Shown one piece after another: positions 47,652 to 56,870 of a stretch of 64,000 bases of DNA (within the stretch, counting starts at the first letter, position 1; each line of letters opens with the position of its first letter). The notes beneath the pieces are model-generated. The model saw only the letters and a list, made by a program, of their open reading frames with translations, was not told the DNA's origin and ran no database searches. The stretch is from a virus. A program made the translations under genes and the position numbers. The stretch covers positions 1-64,000 of IMG/VR virus record IMGVR_UViG_3300034104_005002; one strand, given 5' to 3'.

Positions 47652-47848
47652 CTAGTTTTTTTTACTCTATAGCCTTTATAATCGTCCTGTTTACCATAAG
47701 CAACTAATCTCATAGAACTATTATTTAATTCTCGTTCTCTACAATATTTTGAAAGATTTACAATAATTTCTTCAGTTCCATCTGGAGCAATAATAAGCCA
47801 ACATTTACTGTTTGCTTCTTCTGCTCGTTTCTTTTGTAAAAACTTTAG
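47652..47848 (-). pseudogene. Remnant of a homing endonuclease C-terminal DNA-binding (NUMOD1-like) domain
   Basis: Frame reads KCWLIIAPDGTEEIIVNLSKYCRERELNNSSMRLVAYGKQDDYKGY with no in-frame start codon. Confidence 0.6.
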
Positions 47849-47868
47849 TCATAATTTTATTGCAAATG

Positions 47869-47894
47869 AAAAAGAGGTGGTTTCCCACCTCTTT
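47869..47894 (-). terminator. Rho-independent terminator after gp23
   Basis: AAAGAGGTGG-GAAA-CCACCTCTTT followed by TT. Confidence 0.85.
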
Positions 47895-47926
47895 ATATTG
47901 GCTAGTTTTAGCTAAGGTTTTAGATA

Positions 47927-49336
47927 TTAAGATAAGTTTCGGATGGAAACTCTACGATAATAGCGGTTGCTATTGATTTTCAGACGGCCCAGGCCTTGAT
48001 CCAAGCCCTCAGCGAAGGGGTTTGCGACCATGCCATAACGAGTCTTAAATCCGATAGCAGGCTGGAAAGTCTTAGGATCTACAGCACGAACCATTTGCAG
48101 TGGCAAATATGGAGCATAGAAAATCCCCGCATCATAAGGTGAAGAACCCTTGTAACCAACAACATAATACTGATTAGCACTTACGTTGGCAGAATAAGGA
48201 TCAATGTATACACGGTACTTACCCATAAGAACGCCAGCAAAAGTATTGCCAGTATCGTCTACGTTTAGGTTAGCATTTAGAGCAGGAGTATAATCAAGTA
48301 CACCAGCCATGGTTAGCGCGGAGGCTACGTCAGCAGAGCACATGATTACGTTACCCTTCCCTCTACGAGTACGCTGGGCGATAGCGTTTGCATCACGCTC
48401 AATCTGGAAGATTAGACCCTTAAACTTCTCAACTGACCAACGACCGTTGGAGTCAATATCAAGGTCAAAAATACCAGGAGTAGAAGTGTTTACGGCTGCA
48501 CCTTGTTCGGCTACCTTATAAATGGTACGAATAACCTCGCGGTTAATTTCGGCAAGAATTTCGGTAGACAGAATGTTAGCCAGCTCGGCTTCGGCAGAAA
48601 GACCATGAATCGCCTTGAGATCCTGGGCCATTTCTAGAGTGTACTGAGCCCGGAGAGCGCGGCTCTTAGCCTCAACAAGAACTTTCTCAATCGAGAAGCT
48701 CATTTCGTTGAACTGATTATTATCACCATTGCCAAGATTCTCAGCATCACCGGTTACCATACCCTGACCTAGGTTATATGCAGCCTGATTGGCTGAACCG
48801 GTTGGGTTAAGTAGACCAGGATTGGTGCCAAGTTGACCAGCAGTAGTACCCATACCAGAGATGGCAGAGGTGATACCGGCAGTCAGGCTACGACCACTGT
48901 TTTGAGCAGAGAATGAGGTGTCTACTTCATCGAAGAAGGTCTCATCACCACTTTGGCCTTCATAGCGAGAGCGCATGGCGAAGATTAGACCAGTAGGACC
49001 AGTCATGGGCTGTACACCAGCCAGATCATAGGCCACAAGATTAGGCATAGCACGACGAATCATGCTGATTAGAATTGGGTCAAAACCGGCTACTGGACCA
49101 GCAGCATCGGCTGAGCCGCTAAAACCACCAGATGCACCAGGGGCATTAGCAATAGTAGGACTTTCTAGAAGAAGTCCATTGTTGAAAGAATTGGTTTCCC
49201 GAAGATCATGTTCGGCGTTTTCTAGCAGGATAGCGGTGATCTTTCTGCGATGAGCATCCTTGATGGGATCAAGGCCGTCAAAGTTCAGAAGCGGAGCCCA
49301 CTTTTCCTGCAATTGGCTTTCGTTAAGTTGAAGCAT
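47927..49336 (-). CDS. gp23: Major capsid protein (gp23)
   Basis: KWAPLL, GVQPMTGPTGLIFAMR, AKSRAL, GRWSVEKFKGL, GFKTRYG. Confidence 0.98.
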   Translation of the reverse strand: MLQLNESQLQEKWAPLLNFDGLDPIKDAHRRKITAILLENAEHDLRETNSFNNGLLLESPTIANAPGASGGFSGSADAAGPVAGFDPILISMIRRAMPNLVAYDLAGVQPMTGPTGLIFAMRSRYEGQSGDETFFDEVDTSFSAQNSGRSLTAGITSAISGMGTTAGQLGTNPGLLNPTGSANQAAYNLGQGMVTGDAENLGNGDNNQFNEMSFSIEKVLVEAKSRALRAQYTLEMAQDLKAIHGLSAEAELANILSTEILAEINREVIRTIYKVAEQGAAVNTSTPGIFDLDIDSNGRWSVEKFKGLIFQIERDANAIAQRTRRGKGNVIMCSADVASALTMAGVLDYTPALNANLNVDDTGNTFAGVLMGKYRVYIDPYSANVSANQYYVVGYKGSSPYDAGIFYAPYLPLQMVRAVDPKTFQPAIGFKTRYGMVANPFAEGLDQGLGRLKINSNRYYRRVSIRNLS

Positions 49337-49390
49337 TTTGCGTTTACCTCTTTAGAGTTTAAAAGTTTGGGTTTGATTTAAATATTGAAA

Positions 49391-50557
49391 TCAATTTTTA
49401 GCTATCATTGAAGCCATTCTGAGATAACGATCCATTGAATTTGAGTAAGACTCAGGTGCAACAAATTCGGTATCTTCGGTTAGTACTTCAGAGTGAGCGA
49501 TTGGAGAGACATAATTCGCGGGGAAATAAGATTCCCGTAGAGTCTCTAGTTTTTCACGATAAAGATCTTCACCTTCAAACTCAACACTTTCGGCAAGTGA
49601 AGCGAGCTTTTCTTTCTGAGTTTCGGCTAGGCCCTCAGCAACATCATCAAAGATTCCATCAGCAACAGCCTCACAGAGACGCTTGCTAAGTTGAATATTT
49701 TTCTCAATTTGCTCGTTGAGTTTATCTTCCATTTCATCTAGTTTAGTCACCATGTTCTCAAGAACATCATATTTCTCATCAGGCATGGACACATAATGTT
49801 GCTCAAAAAGATTCTTGAGATTGACAAGGAATGACTCGGTGAGTTCTTCCTTGATTCCGCGAGTGATTACTAGCTGATTCTCATGCATCCACTCGTCTGC
49901 AACATATTCTAGGTAGGAATCAGCACGTTCCTGTAGTTCTTCGGCAATAGCCTGAACTTCTTCTTGAAGAGCCTGGGTATAGCTCTCTTCCAGAGATTCT
50001 TTGATCTCGGAGACTTTAGAACGAAGTGCGGCCTCAAAGATGGTCTTGGCCTTTTCTTTGAATTCTTCGGAAAGATCTTCGCCACCTACAAGAGCCTCGA
50101 CATCTTTATCAATGTCGAAGTCTTCTTTCATTTCATCTTCATCTTCGTCATCTTCTTTTTTCTTTTTCTTATCATGCTTTTCTTCATCTTCATCTTTTTC
50201 TTCATCATCTTCGCATGATTCCTCAGTTACGAGATCCTCTTCGTCATGCTCATCCTCTTCAGGAAGAGACATTTTTGACATTGCCACATCACCTTCTTGT
50301 GAACCTTTACGACCGCGAATAATCTCGGCAACTCGCTTAATGTTTGAAGCGGGATCCTTGAGTTTTGCGCTGTCGTCATCAGGCTTGGCATTTTCTGGAG
50401 TTGGGCCACCAAGATCTTCCCAGCTGCCTGTTTGACCATCAGGAATACCAGTGGTGAGTTTGGGCATTGGATCGCCTGGCTTGGCATTTGCATTCACCGC
50501 AGTCTTAGACTGGGGATTCTTTGCTTCCATTTCATCTAGTTGTTGCTTGCGAGCCAT
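49391..50557 (-). CDS. gp22: Prohead core scaffold protein (gp22)
   Basis: WEDLGGPTPEN, LSEEFKEKAKTIFEAA, YLEYVADEW. Confidence 0.95.
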   Translation of the reverse strand: MARKQQLDEMEAKNPQSKTAVNANAKPGDPMPKLTTGIPDGQTGSWEDLGGPTPENAKPDDDSAKLKDPASNIKRVAEIIRGRKGSQEGDVAMSKMSLPEEDEHDEEDLVTEESCEDDEEKDEDEEKHDKKKKKEDDEDEDEMKEDFDIDKDVEALVGGEDLSEEFKEKAKTIFEAALRSKVSEIKESLEESYTQALQEEVQAIAEELQERADSYLEYVADEWMHENQLVITRGIKEELTESFLVNLKNLFEQHYVSMPDEKYDVLENMVTKLDEMEDKLNEQIEKNIQLSKRLCEAVADGIFDDVAEGLAETQKEKLASLAESVEFEGEDLYREKLETLRESYFPANYVSPIAHSEVLTEDTEFVAPESYSNSMDRYLRMASMIAKN

Positions 50558-50634
50558 TTAAAAAGTCTCCTTAACAGTTGTATTTAATCTATTATTATTT
50601 AGAAAAGTTGACACTTTAATAGAGTTATTTAGCA

Positions 50635-51285
50635 TCAGAGCATGTTCAAGTAGTTCTCAAAATGCATAATCATACGCTCTTCACTCAATCTTTTGCTTAC
50701 TACGTCACGTTCAATCTTGTTTTTAATATTCATTGCGACATATTCTTGCTTTGCGGAGTCATAAATCCATTCTTTTCCTTCATAAATGCCATTGACAAAT
50801 GCGGCGGCACCAACAGAAGGATCATGAACAATGTCCACACAATTAATAACAAGATCCGGACCAACTACGGAATATCCTTCGTTAGTTTGTTTAACACTAC
50901 CCAGAGCCCGTGAACTGACTCCAAGAACTACCCCCTCATCAATCAGACCCTGAGCAATTTTACCCATTGGGGTGTTTAGAATTCGGGCCTTACCATAAAA
51001 ATAATTACCATTCTCTTTAAGAGAGGTAATCATATGAGATACTTTTGTTAGATCTACTCCTGGAATGGAATTATGATTAAGTTCACCTAGAGATCTTTTT
51101 GATTCAATAAAATTCTTAGTATAGGTATTCACTGCATCTCTAAGAATTTTCATTGGATATACTCGATTATTTCTATTTGGCTCATTGGCCATAAGAAAAT
51201 TTCCTTCAATACAAAGAGCCTTTTTACCGTTAATTTCTTCGGTAATGTATTTTACTGATTCTGCTTCTTCGATGATTAGTTTCAT
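50635..51285 (-). CDS. gp21: Prohead protease (gp21)
   Basis: NRNNRVYP, LGELNH, VSHMI, GVSSRALG, DIVHDPS. Confidence 0.95.
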   Translation of the reverse strand: MKLIIEEAESVKYITEEINGKKALCIEGNFLMANEPNRNNRVYPMKILRDAVNTYTKNFIESKRSLGELNHNSIPGVDLTKVSHMITSLKENGNYFYGKARILNTPMGKIAQGLIDEGVVLGVSSRALGSVKQTNEGYSVVGPDLVINCVDIVHDPSVGAAAFVNGIYEGKEWIYDSAKQEYVAMNIKNKIERDVVSKRLSEERMIMHFENYLNML

Positions 51286-51287
51286 TT

Positions 51288-51854
51288 TTATGCCTCTGAT
51301 GCGATTTGAATTTCTGTAATATGAACTTTGTTGGGGCCAAAACCACCATCAAGAGCCGATACCTTAACGGCTTTCCTAATTTCTGCAGAATCAGTAGCCG
51401 TTATGACTCCAGTGACAGAAGATGTATTCCAGTCCAATGCAATACGAGTAGAATAATATCCACCAACACCGGATGATGTATAAATATTTGATACTCTTGC
51501 ATAATTAGTATTAATTCCAACTGGTTGAATCCCAGAAAGGCTCACATAATCATTGACCTCTACTGGAGAACCAGTTCCTTGTGGAAAGTCGATTAGTGTA
51601 TTAGTTCCAGTAATAACACCTACCACTCTTTGTGATGCTATGTTTTCTTTAAGGACTAAGGTTTCGGCCCTATCAATCCAAAGACTAGATATTGTATTAA
51701 TACCGACTGGTGTATATCCAACTTCAAGATAACAATCAGATTCGGCCCTGATTCTTAAATATCCACTTTTTAGAGAAATGGGATTACTAGTTTGTACACC
51801 GCTCAGGGGTAAAATAAGTGAATTCACTTCTTGTACTATTTTGAATGCAGCCAT
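51288..51854 (-). CDS. Putative virion protein
   Basis: Beta-rich ORF directly upstream of gp21; late promoter at about 51878. Confidence 0.6.
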   Translation of the reverse strand: MAAFKIVQEVNSLILPLSGVQTSNPISLKSGYLRIRAESDCYLEVGYTPVGINTISSLWIDRAETLVLKENIASQRVVGVITGTNTLIDFPQGTGSPVEVNDYVSLSGIQPVGINTNYARVSNIYTSSGVGGYYSTRIALDWNTSSVTGVITATDSAEIRKAVKVSALDGGFGPNKVHITEIQIASEA

Positions 51855-52216
51855 GATTTCATTTAGGGTATAAACCTATTTAGAAAAAATAGACATTAAA
51901 AAGGTCCCTTAGGGGCCTGTCGTTTATAATTCAGGCATTTCAACCAGCGCCATATTCATGAGTATGGCCGCAGGGCTGTAGCTCAGCCCCCTACGGCTGC
52001 ACCAGATCAAACACCACCCAGCCGCAGACGACCGCGACGCCCAGCGCCACCGGTAGGGGCACGGCACTCAGCAGCCGTGCAACTGCAGCAGGCTGGCCAC
52101 CAGTGCAACGGCGGCGGTGAAGCGGATTAGGTGGGGCATGGGGTGGGCTCCAGCAGCACCGCAACGGCAACGCTGGCCGGGGGGTATCATCGCGGCGATC
52201 ATTGCGACATCACAGG

Positions 52217-52996
52217 TCATGGGATAGCAGCTCCGAACGCGTTGATTAGCGTGGTGACGCGGGCATTCAGCAGGGCGAGGTTGAGGGATTCGCCTATGCT
52301 GTAGAAGGCGAGGCGGGATGCTGACCTAGCGCTCGCAGCAGTATCCGAACCAAACACGCCAACATTTAGGCCCGTAGGAGTCTGCGAGACCCGCGAGTAA
52401 GTGGTGCTTGTGCCGCCGGTGCGGCCGACAAATGTCGAAGAACTGCTGCGACTGGCCCCCGTAAGGCCGGATGCAGGAGTCCCGATAACATTGTTGGTGT
52501 TGCCGTTTCGGCTTCTAAAAAACGTAGAGCTACTAGGAGTCTCATATCCTAATGTGTTCGCGCCTGAACTAAACTGCCCGGCACCTATCAAGTATGCCGT
52601 GGATGCCGCAAAACTGGTGGCATAAAACGACAAGTGGTAGTTGTCTTGCGGGTCAGCGTTGTCGGCCCTGTTGCTATTCAAATACTTCGTACTTCCATTC
52701 CCCACCAGCCCAGTCTTCCTGTTGTAATCCCCCGCCACAAAGTTAAAATTCGTCGGCGCAGGCCCCACCAACGGCACCAACGCACCATTCAGCGTGCGGG
52801 CGCCGGCCATGATGCAACTCGCCTTGATAGCGCTCCAGATGCCGTCCGCCTTGCACCCCACCACAAACGCCTCGATGGCAAGAGCCACAGCAGGTTCCAG
52901 TGTTTGGCCTTCTGCGTTGTGAACCCTTTCCAAGTAGTCCCTAGCATCAACATCCGCGATGTAGCCATAGAACGACGACGTAATAATCCAGCTCAT
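52217..52996 (-). CDS. Tandem paralog A (conserved ends, variable core); putative virion or adhesion protein
   Basis: GCKADGIW.AIKASCI.AGARTL.GALVPLVG.APTNFNFV.GDYNRKTGL...RLAFYSIGESL. Confidence 0.8.
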   Translation of the reverse strand: MSWIITSSFYGYIADVDARDYLERVHNAEGQTLEPAVALAIEAFVVGCKADGIWSAIKASCIMAGARTLNGALVPLVGPAPTNFNFVAGDYNRKTGLVGNGSTKYLNSNRADNADPQDNYHLSFYATSFAASTAYLIGAGQFSSGANTLGYETPSSSTFFRSRNGNTNNVIGTPASGLTGASRSSSSTFVGRTGGTSTTYSRVSQTPTGLNVGVFGSDTAASARSASRLAFYSIGESLNLALLNARVTTLINAFGAAIP

Positions 52997-53042
52997 CGCA
53001 CTATCCTCCGAAACTCATTAGTGGCAGTGTCTAGTGTGTAGG

Positions 53043-53846
53043 TCATGTGATAGCAGCTCCGAACGCGTTGATTAGTGTGGTGACGCGGGCGTCAAGTAGG
53101 GTGAGGTTTAGGCTTTCGCCTATGCTGTAGAAAGCTAGGCGGGCATTGGTATAAAAACCTGGAGACCCATTATTGTTGTAGGCAAAAATGAAGTAATTCA
53201 ATGGTGTTGTATTTGTAGACGTGTTTGCCTGTGTTGCTGTTTGGTTGTTGACAATCGTATTACTCTGCCCTGCCGTAGATCTGGAAATGCCCAATAAAGT
53301 TGAATTTTGAGGCACTGCCAAAATAATTTGAGCTGTAGATTGTAAGTAAAATCTTGAGGATTGACTGGATCCCAGTCCTACTAAGGATACAGTGGTAGTA
53401 GGGGCATTAAATAAGCCGATGTAACCACCTTGCGCGCTACCATGTGTTGACGCAAAAGATGACAAGTGGGCGTTGTTTAGCATCTCATTGGCGCTGCTCC
53501 TATTGCTATTCAGATATTTTGTACTCCCATTCCCCACCAACCCCGTCTTGCGGTTGTAATCCCCCGCCACAAAATTAAAATTCGTCGGCGCAGGCCCCAC
53601 CAGCGGCACCAACGCACCAGCCAGCGTGCGGGCACCGGCCATGATGCAGGAGGCTTTGATCGCTGGCCAGATGCCGTCCGCCTTGCAGCCTTTTACAAAA
53701 GTATGAATTGCCACCCGAACCTCAATCTCCAAGGGCTGACCATCTGCAATCTCGACCGCTGTGATGTATGCCGCAGCGTCAGGGTCGTCCAGGCCAATAT
53801 ACGTCCGGCGAAGTATTAACTTTCCTGGAGTGTAAATTGGGCTCAT
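53043..53846 (-). CDS. Tandem paralog B
   Basis: Same conserved blocks; N-terminus identical to paralog C. Confidence 0.8.
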   Translation of the reverse strand: MSPIYTPGKLILRRTYIGLDDPDAAAYITAVEIADGQPLEIEVRVAIHTFVKGCKADGIWPAIKASCIMAGARTLAGALVPLVGPAPTNFNFVAGDYNRKTGLVGNGSTKYLNSNRSSANEMLNNAHLSSFASTHGSAQGGYIGLFNAPTTTVSLVGLGSSQSSRFYLQSTAQIILAVPQNSTLLGISRSTAGQSNTIVNNQTATQANTSTNTTPLNYFIFAYNNNGSPGFYTNARLAFYSIGESLNLTLLDARVTTLINAFGAAIT

Positions 53847-54668
53847 GGTATTACGACTGCGAATCTGTTGATTAGGGTGGTGATGCGGGCGTCGAGTAGG
53901 GCGAGGTCTAGGGATTCGCCGATGGAGTAGTAGGCGAGGCGGTGAGCACTAAAAGCGTCTACGCCACGTCTTGAAAAAATAAATATATTTCCAGCGGATG
54001 GAGCTACTGACACTAACGTGTTAGCTGTTGAGCTTCCTCCTGCTCTAAACACAAAGCCTGCAGACGCAGATCTATTGGTGCCCTGAAAGCCGCCAGCGCC
54101 TGAGCCCGGTATTGCAAGACCTGTGCGGTTCCTGTTTGTACTGCGGCTTATCAAGTTAACACCGCCTGAATCCCCCCCGCCCATCATTGCCTGTGTTCCA
54201 CTATTAAAAGACACAAATACAGCGTTGTGGTTGTTATCCTGCGGGTCTGCATTATTTGCTCTGCCAGAGTCAATGGTCTTATTGCTCCCATTCCCCACCA
54301 ACCCCGTCTTCCTGTTGTAGTCACCAGCCACGAAATTAAAATTCGTCGGCGCAGGCCCCACCAGCGGCACCAACGCACCAGCCAGCGTGCGGGCACCGGC
54401 CATGATGCAGGAGGCTTTGATCGCTGGCCAGATGCCGTCCGCCTTGCAGCCTTTTACAAAAGTATGAATTGCCACCCGAACCTCAATCTCCAAGGGCTGA
54501 CCATCTGCAATCTCGACCGCTGTGATGTATGCCGCAGCGTCAGGGTCGTCCAGGCCAATATACGTCCGGCGAAGTATTAACTTTCCTGGAGTGTAAATTG
54601 GGCTCATGGTATTACGACTGCGAATCTGTTGATTAGGGTGGTGATGCGGGCGTCGAGTAGGGCGAGGT
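53572..54668. repeat. Exact 336-bp direct repeat (53572-53907 and 54333-54668) spanning gene junctions
   Basis: Base-by-base comparison by eye, offset 761 bp. Confidence 0.85.
53843..54607 (-). CDS. Tandem paralog C
   Basis: Same conserved blocks. Confidence 0.8.
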   Translation of the reverse strand: MSPIYTPGKLILRRTYIGLDDPDAAAYITAVEIADGQPLEIEVRVAIHTFVKGCKADGIWPAIKASCIMAGARTLAGALVPLVGPAPTNFNFVAGDYNRKTGLVGNGSNKTIDSGRANNADPQDNNHNAVFVSFNSGTQAMMGGGDSGGVNLISRSTNRNRTGLAIPGSGAGGFQGTNRSASAGFVFRAGGSSTANTLVSVAPSAGNIFIFSRRGVDAFSAHRLAYYSIGESLDLALLDARITTLINRFAVVIP

Positions 54669-55374
54669 TTAGGGATTCGCCTATGGAGTAGAAGGCGAGG
54701 CGGGCGTCCGAATACTCAGTGATAGTTGCTCCTGAGCGCCTGTATACGAGAAGATTTTGGTTCAATGGGGTCTCCGAAGTTACCCCTGTAAAAGAAACAG
54801 TTTGGTCGTTTCTCCGAAGGTCAAATGTTGCAGATGAATTGCGAGACGCCCCGGCAAGACACGGGGCAACAACGGCAGCAGCAGTGCTGAATGCACTTCT
54901 GTTTACCGCAACTTGAACAGAATCAGTAATAAATGTCCGACCTGTTCCGGCTGCTGTCGCAACAAACGGTCGCCCACCACCGCTGCCAATTGAAACGGCA
55001 TAGGCAGCAACGTGCTTACTATCCCGAGGGTCAGCATTATTATTTCTATTGCTATCCAAATACTTCGTACTCCCATTCCCCACCAGCCCCGTCTTGCGGT
55101 TGTAATCCCCCGCCACAAAGTTAAAATTCGTCGGCGCAGCCCCCACCAGTGGCACCAACGCACCGGCCAGCGTGCGGGCACCAGCAAGGATGCAGCTTGC
55201 TTTGATCGCGTTCCAGATCCCATCAGCCTTACAGCCCCTAATAAACTCATCAATCGCCACCGCTACGGGGTATTCCAATCCCTGATTATCGGCCTCCTCT
55301 ACCCTTGTCAAATACGACTGAACATCAGGATCGGCAAATGTTGTTATGTAGCCTGGGCGCCATATCAACGTCAT
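54604..55374 (-). CDS. Tandem paralog D
   Basis: Same conserved blocks; C-terminus identical to paralog C. Confidence 0.8.
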   Translation of the reverse strand: MTLIWRPGYITTFADPDVQSYLTRVEEADNQGLEYPVAVAIDEFIRGCKADGIWNAIKASCILAGARTLAGALVPLVGAAPTNFNFVAGDYNRKTGLVGNGSTKYLDSNRNNNADPRDSKHVAAYAVSIGSGGGRPFVATAAGTGRTFITDSVQVAVNRSAFSTAAAVVAPCLAGASRNSSATFDLRRNDQTVSFTGVTSETPLNQNLLVYRRSGATITEYSDARLAFYSIGESLNLALLDARITTLINRFAVVIP

Positions 55375-55775
55375 CCGTCGCCACCTCCATCCGTCTGCAC
55401 CCAGGCCAGAGACTCGCGCTCGGGCGTTTCAGGATCATCTGCAGCAAACGTGCCGTCAGGGTTAATGGCCTGCACCACCGTCCACTCCTGCCCGCTGCCA
55501 TCAATCCATGTCTGACCGACAGTGAGTGCTGCAGGCCGCTCAGGCGGCGGCGCCCAGCCATACGGTGTCCCGTCCTGATTGAACTGCGGGTCAACCGCAC
55601 CGACGAAGTACGGCCCAACTTTGTAGATCTCGGCACGCTGGCGGATGATTTCCACCACGCTCGCCTTGAAATACTCCTCAGGCGTTGCCGCAGGCACCTT
55701 GCCCTGCACCAGACTGAACTCTGCCACCAGGGCCGGAAGCAGATAATCGGGAATCTCGACAGTGAATGAAGCCAT
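55371..55775 (-). CDS. Hypothetical protein (island)
   Basis: Coupled ORF with a GTF.ADDP.TP motif. Confidence 0.65.
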   Translation of the reverse strand: MASFTVEIPDYLLPALVAEFSLVQGKVPAATPEEYFKASVVEIIRQRAEIYKVGPYFVGAVDPQFNQDGTPYGWAPPPERPAALTVGQTWIDGSGQEWTVVQAINPDGTFAADDPETPERESLAWVQTDGGGDG

Positions 55776-55789
55776 GGGTGGTGATCTCC

Positions 55790-56488
55790 TCAGTTAGTAG
55801 TGGCTTTTACTACTGCAAAAGCGATCACAACCGCTTCGCTCAGCGCCCCAGAAGTCACGTTCCGCACGGTGATCGTGGCCGAACCAGCAGCCGCTCGGGC
55901 ACCGAACATGTACGCCCCGGTCGTGCCGCCTGAAACGTGGTTGATGATGATCAGGTCGGTCGCCGTGATCTGGCTGTTGGTCAGCGTGAACGACACCGCC
56001 GTGTTGGCTGTCAGCTCAGCCGCATTCATCGTTACCTGCCCGCAGCGGGTGTCCAGCGTCACCCCAGTGCTCTTGCTGGTAGCCTGGGTCTGCGTGCCTC
56101 CAGCGCCGATCCCGTAGCCGAATGGCAGCGTGAACCGGGTGCCAGTCGTGGCATCGAAGATAGTGTTAGTGCCAACAAGAGCGCCGTTCAGGTTGTAGAG
56201 AACCTGCCCAGTAGAGCCGCCCACCAAGGCCACAGTCCCCGTCTGATCAGGGAATGAGATGGTGTTGTTCTTGGTCGGCGTTACACGCTGAATTATTGTA
56301 GTGAAGCTGCCGCCGTCATCAAGTTTGATGTCACCCGGAACCTGCAATTCACCAGTGATCCAGCGAAAACCGGAAACAGCACCGAAGGCGCCATCCAGGT
56401 TTAGCTGAATGTCGCCACTGTTTCCAGCAGGGTTGCCGCCGCCAGCCGCATCCAGGGTTCCAGTAAATGGGTTGAACTTATATTGCAT
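55790..56488 (-). CDS. Fiber-like virion protein (island)
   Basis: YKFNPFTG, G..IQ.N..GAFG, TQATSKSTGVTL...GQVTM and RNVT.GALSEA motifs; Gly/Thr-rich. Confidence 0.65.
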   Translation of the reverse strand: MQYKFNPFTGTLDAAGGGNPAGNSGDIQLNLDGAFGAVSGFRWITGELQVPGDIKLDDGGSFTTIIQRVTPTKNNTISFPDQTGTVALVGGSTGQVLYNLNGALVGTNTIFDATTGTRFTLPFGYGIGAGGTQTQATSKSTGVTLDTRCGQVTMNAAELTANTAVSFTLTNSQITATDLIIINHVSGGTTGAYMFGARAAAGSATITVRNVTSGALSEAVVIAFAVVKATTN

Positions 56489-56493
56489 AAAAA

Positions 56494-56829
56494 TCAGCTC
56501 CTAACGACCGAAATAAGGTTATTACTCCCATCATAAGAAAGAGTTAAAGTAGCAACACCGACATTATTAAAACTGTATGCAACACCAACTAAATTAGATC
56601 CCGAATATGCAAGGGATACTCTATTGTGGTTTGGAATATTTAGTCCAGAAATAACCGGAACTGGATTAGAAACGGTATTAGAAACTGTTACTACCCCGAC
56701 AGTTGTAGAACCACCTCCACTACCCCCAAATGAAGTAACTTGATTTCCGTCACTATCAACTACAGCAACTCCCTGAACAAGTTGTCCAGAATTTAATTTT
56801 ACTGAGGATTTTTTATCAAGAAGCGACAT
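56494..56829 (-). CDS. Putative virion protein
   Basis: Gly/Ser/Val-rich, ends VATLTLSYDGSNNL. Confidence 0.6.
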   Translation of the reverse strand: MSLLDKKSSVKLNSGQLVQGVAVVDSDGNQVTSFGGSGGGSTTVGVVTVSNTVSNPVPVISGLNIPNHNRVSLAYSGSNLVGVAYSFNNVGVATLTLSYDGSNNLISVVRS

Positions 56830-56870
56830 TTTTAACGGGGTTTCTTTAGTTATTTATTAAAACTATTTAG

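Larger units (their letters stand above)
51940..56488 (-). other. GC-rich horizontally acquired island in the head operon
   Basis: Abrupt visual shift to GC-rich sequence and GC-ending codons compared with the AT-rich backbone. Confidence 0.85.

Noticed and set aside
29381-49336. Alternative genetic code (stop-codon reassignment)
   Set aside because: Core genes are full length under the standard code, and TAA, TGA and TAG all serve as stops in the window
49435-50493. Ser/Phe-rich plus-strand ORFs such as 50001..50435
   Set aside because: Antisense shadows of the Glu/Asp/Lys-rich gp22 gene
52217-55374. Diversity-generating retroelement explanation for the variable paralogs
   Set aside because: No reverse transcriptase in the window; the variable cores differ by indels and wholesale divergence, not adenine-specific substitutions
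52401-56257. Numerous plus-strand ORFs in the GC-rich island
   Set aside because: Expected antisense open frames in GC-rich coding DNA; no RBS or recognisable motifs
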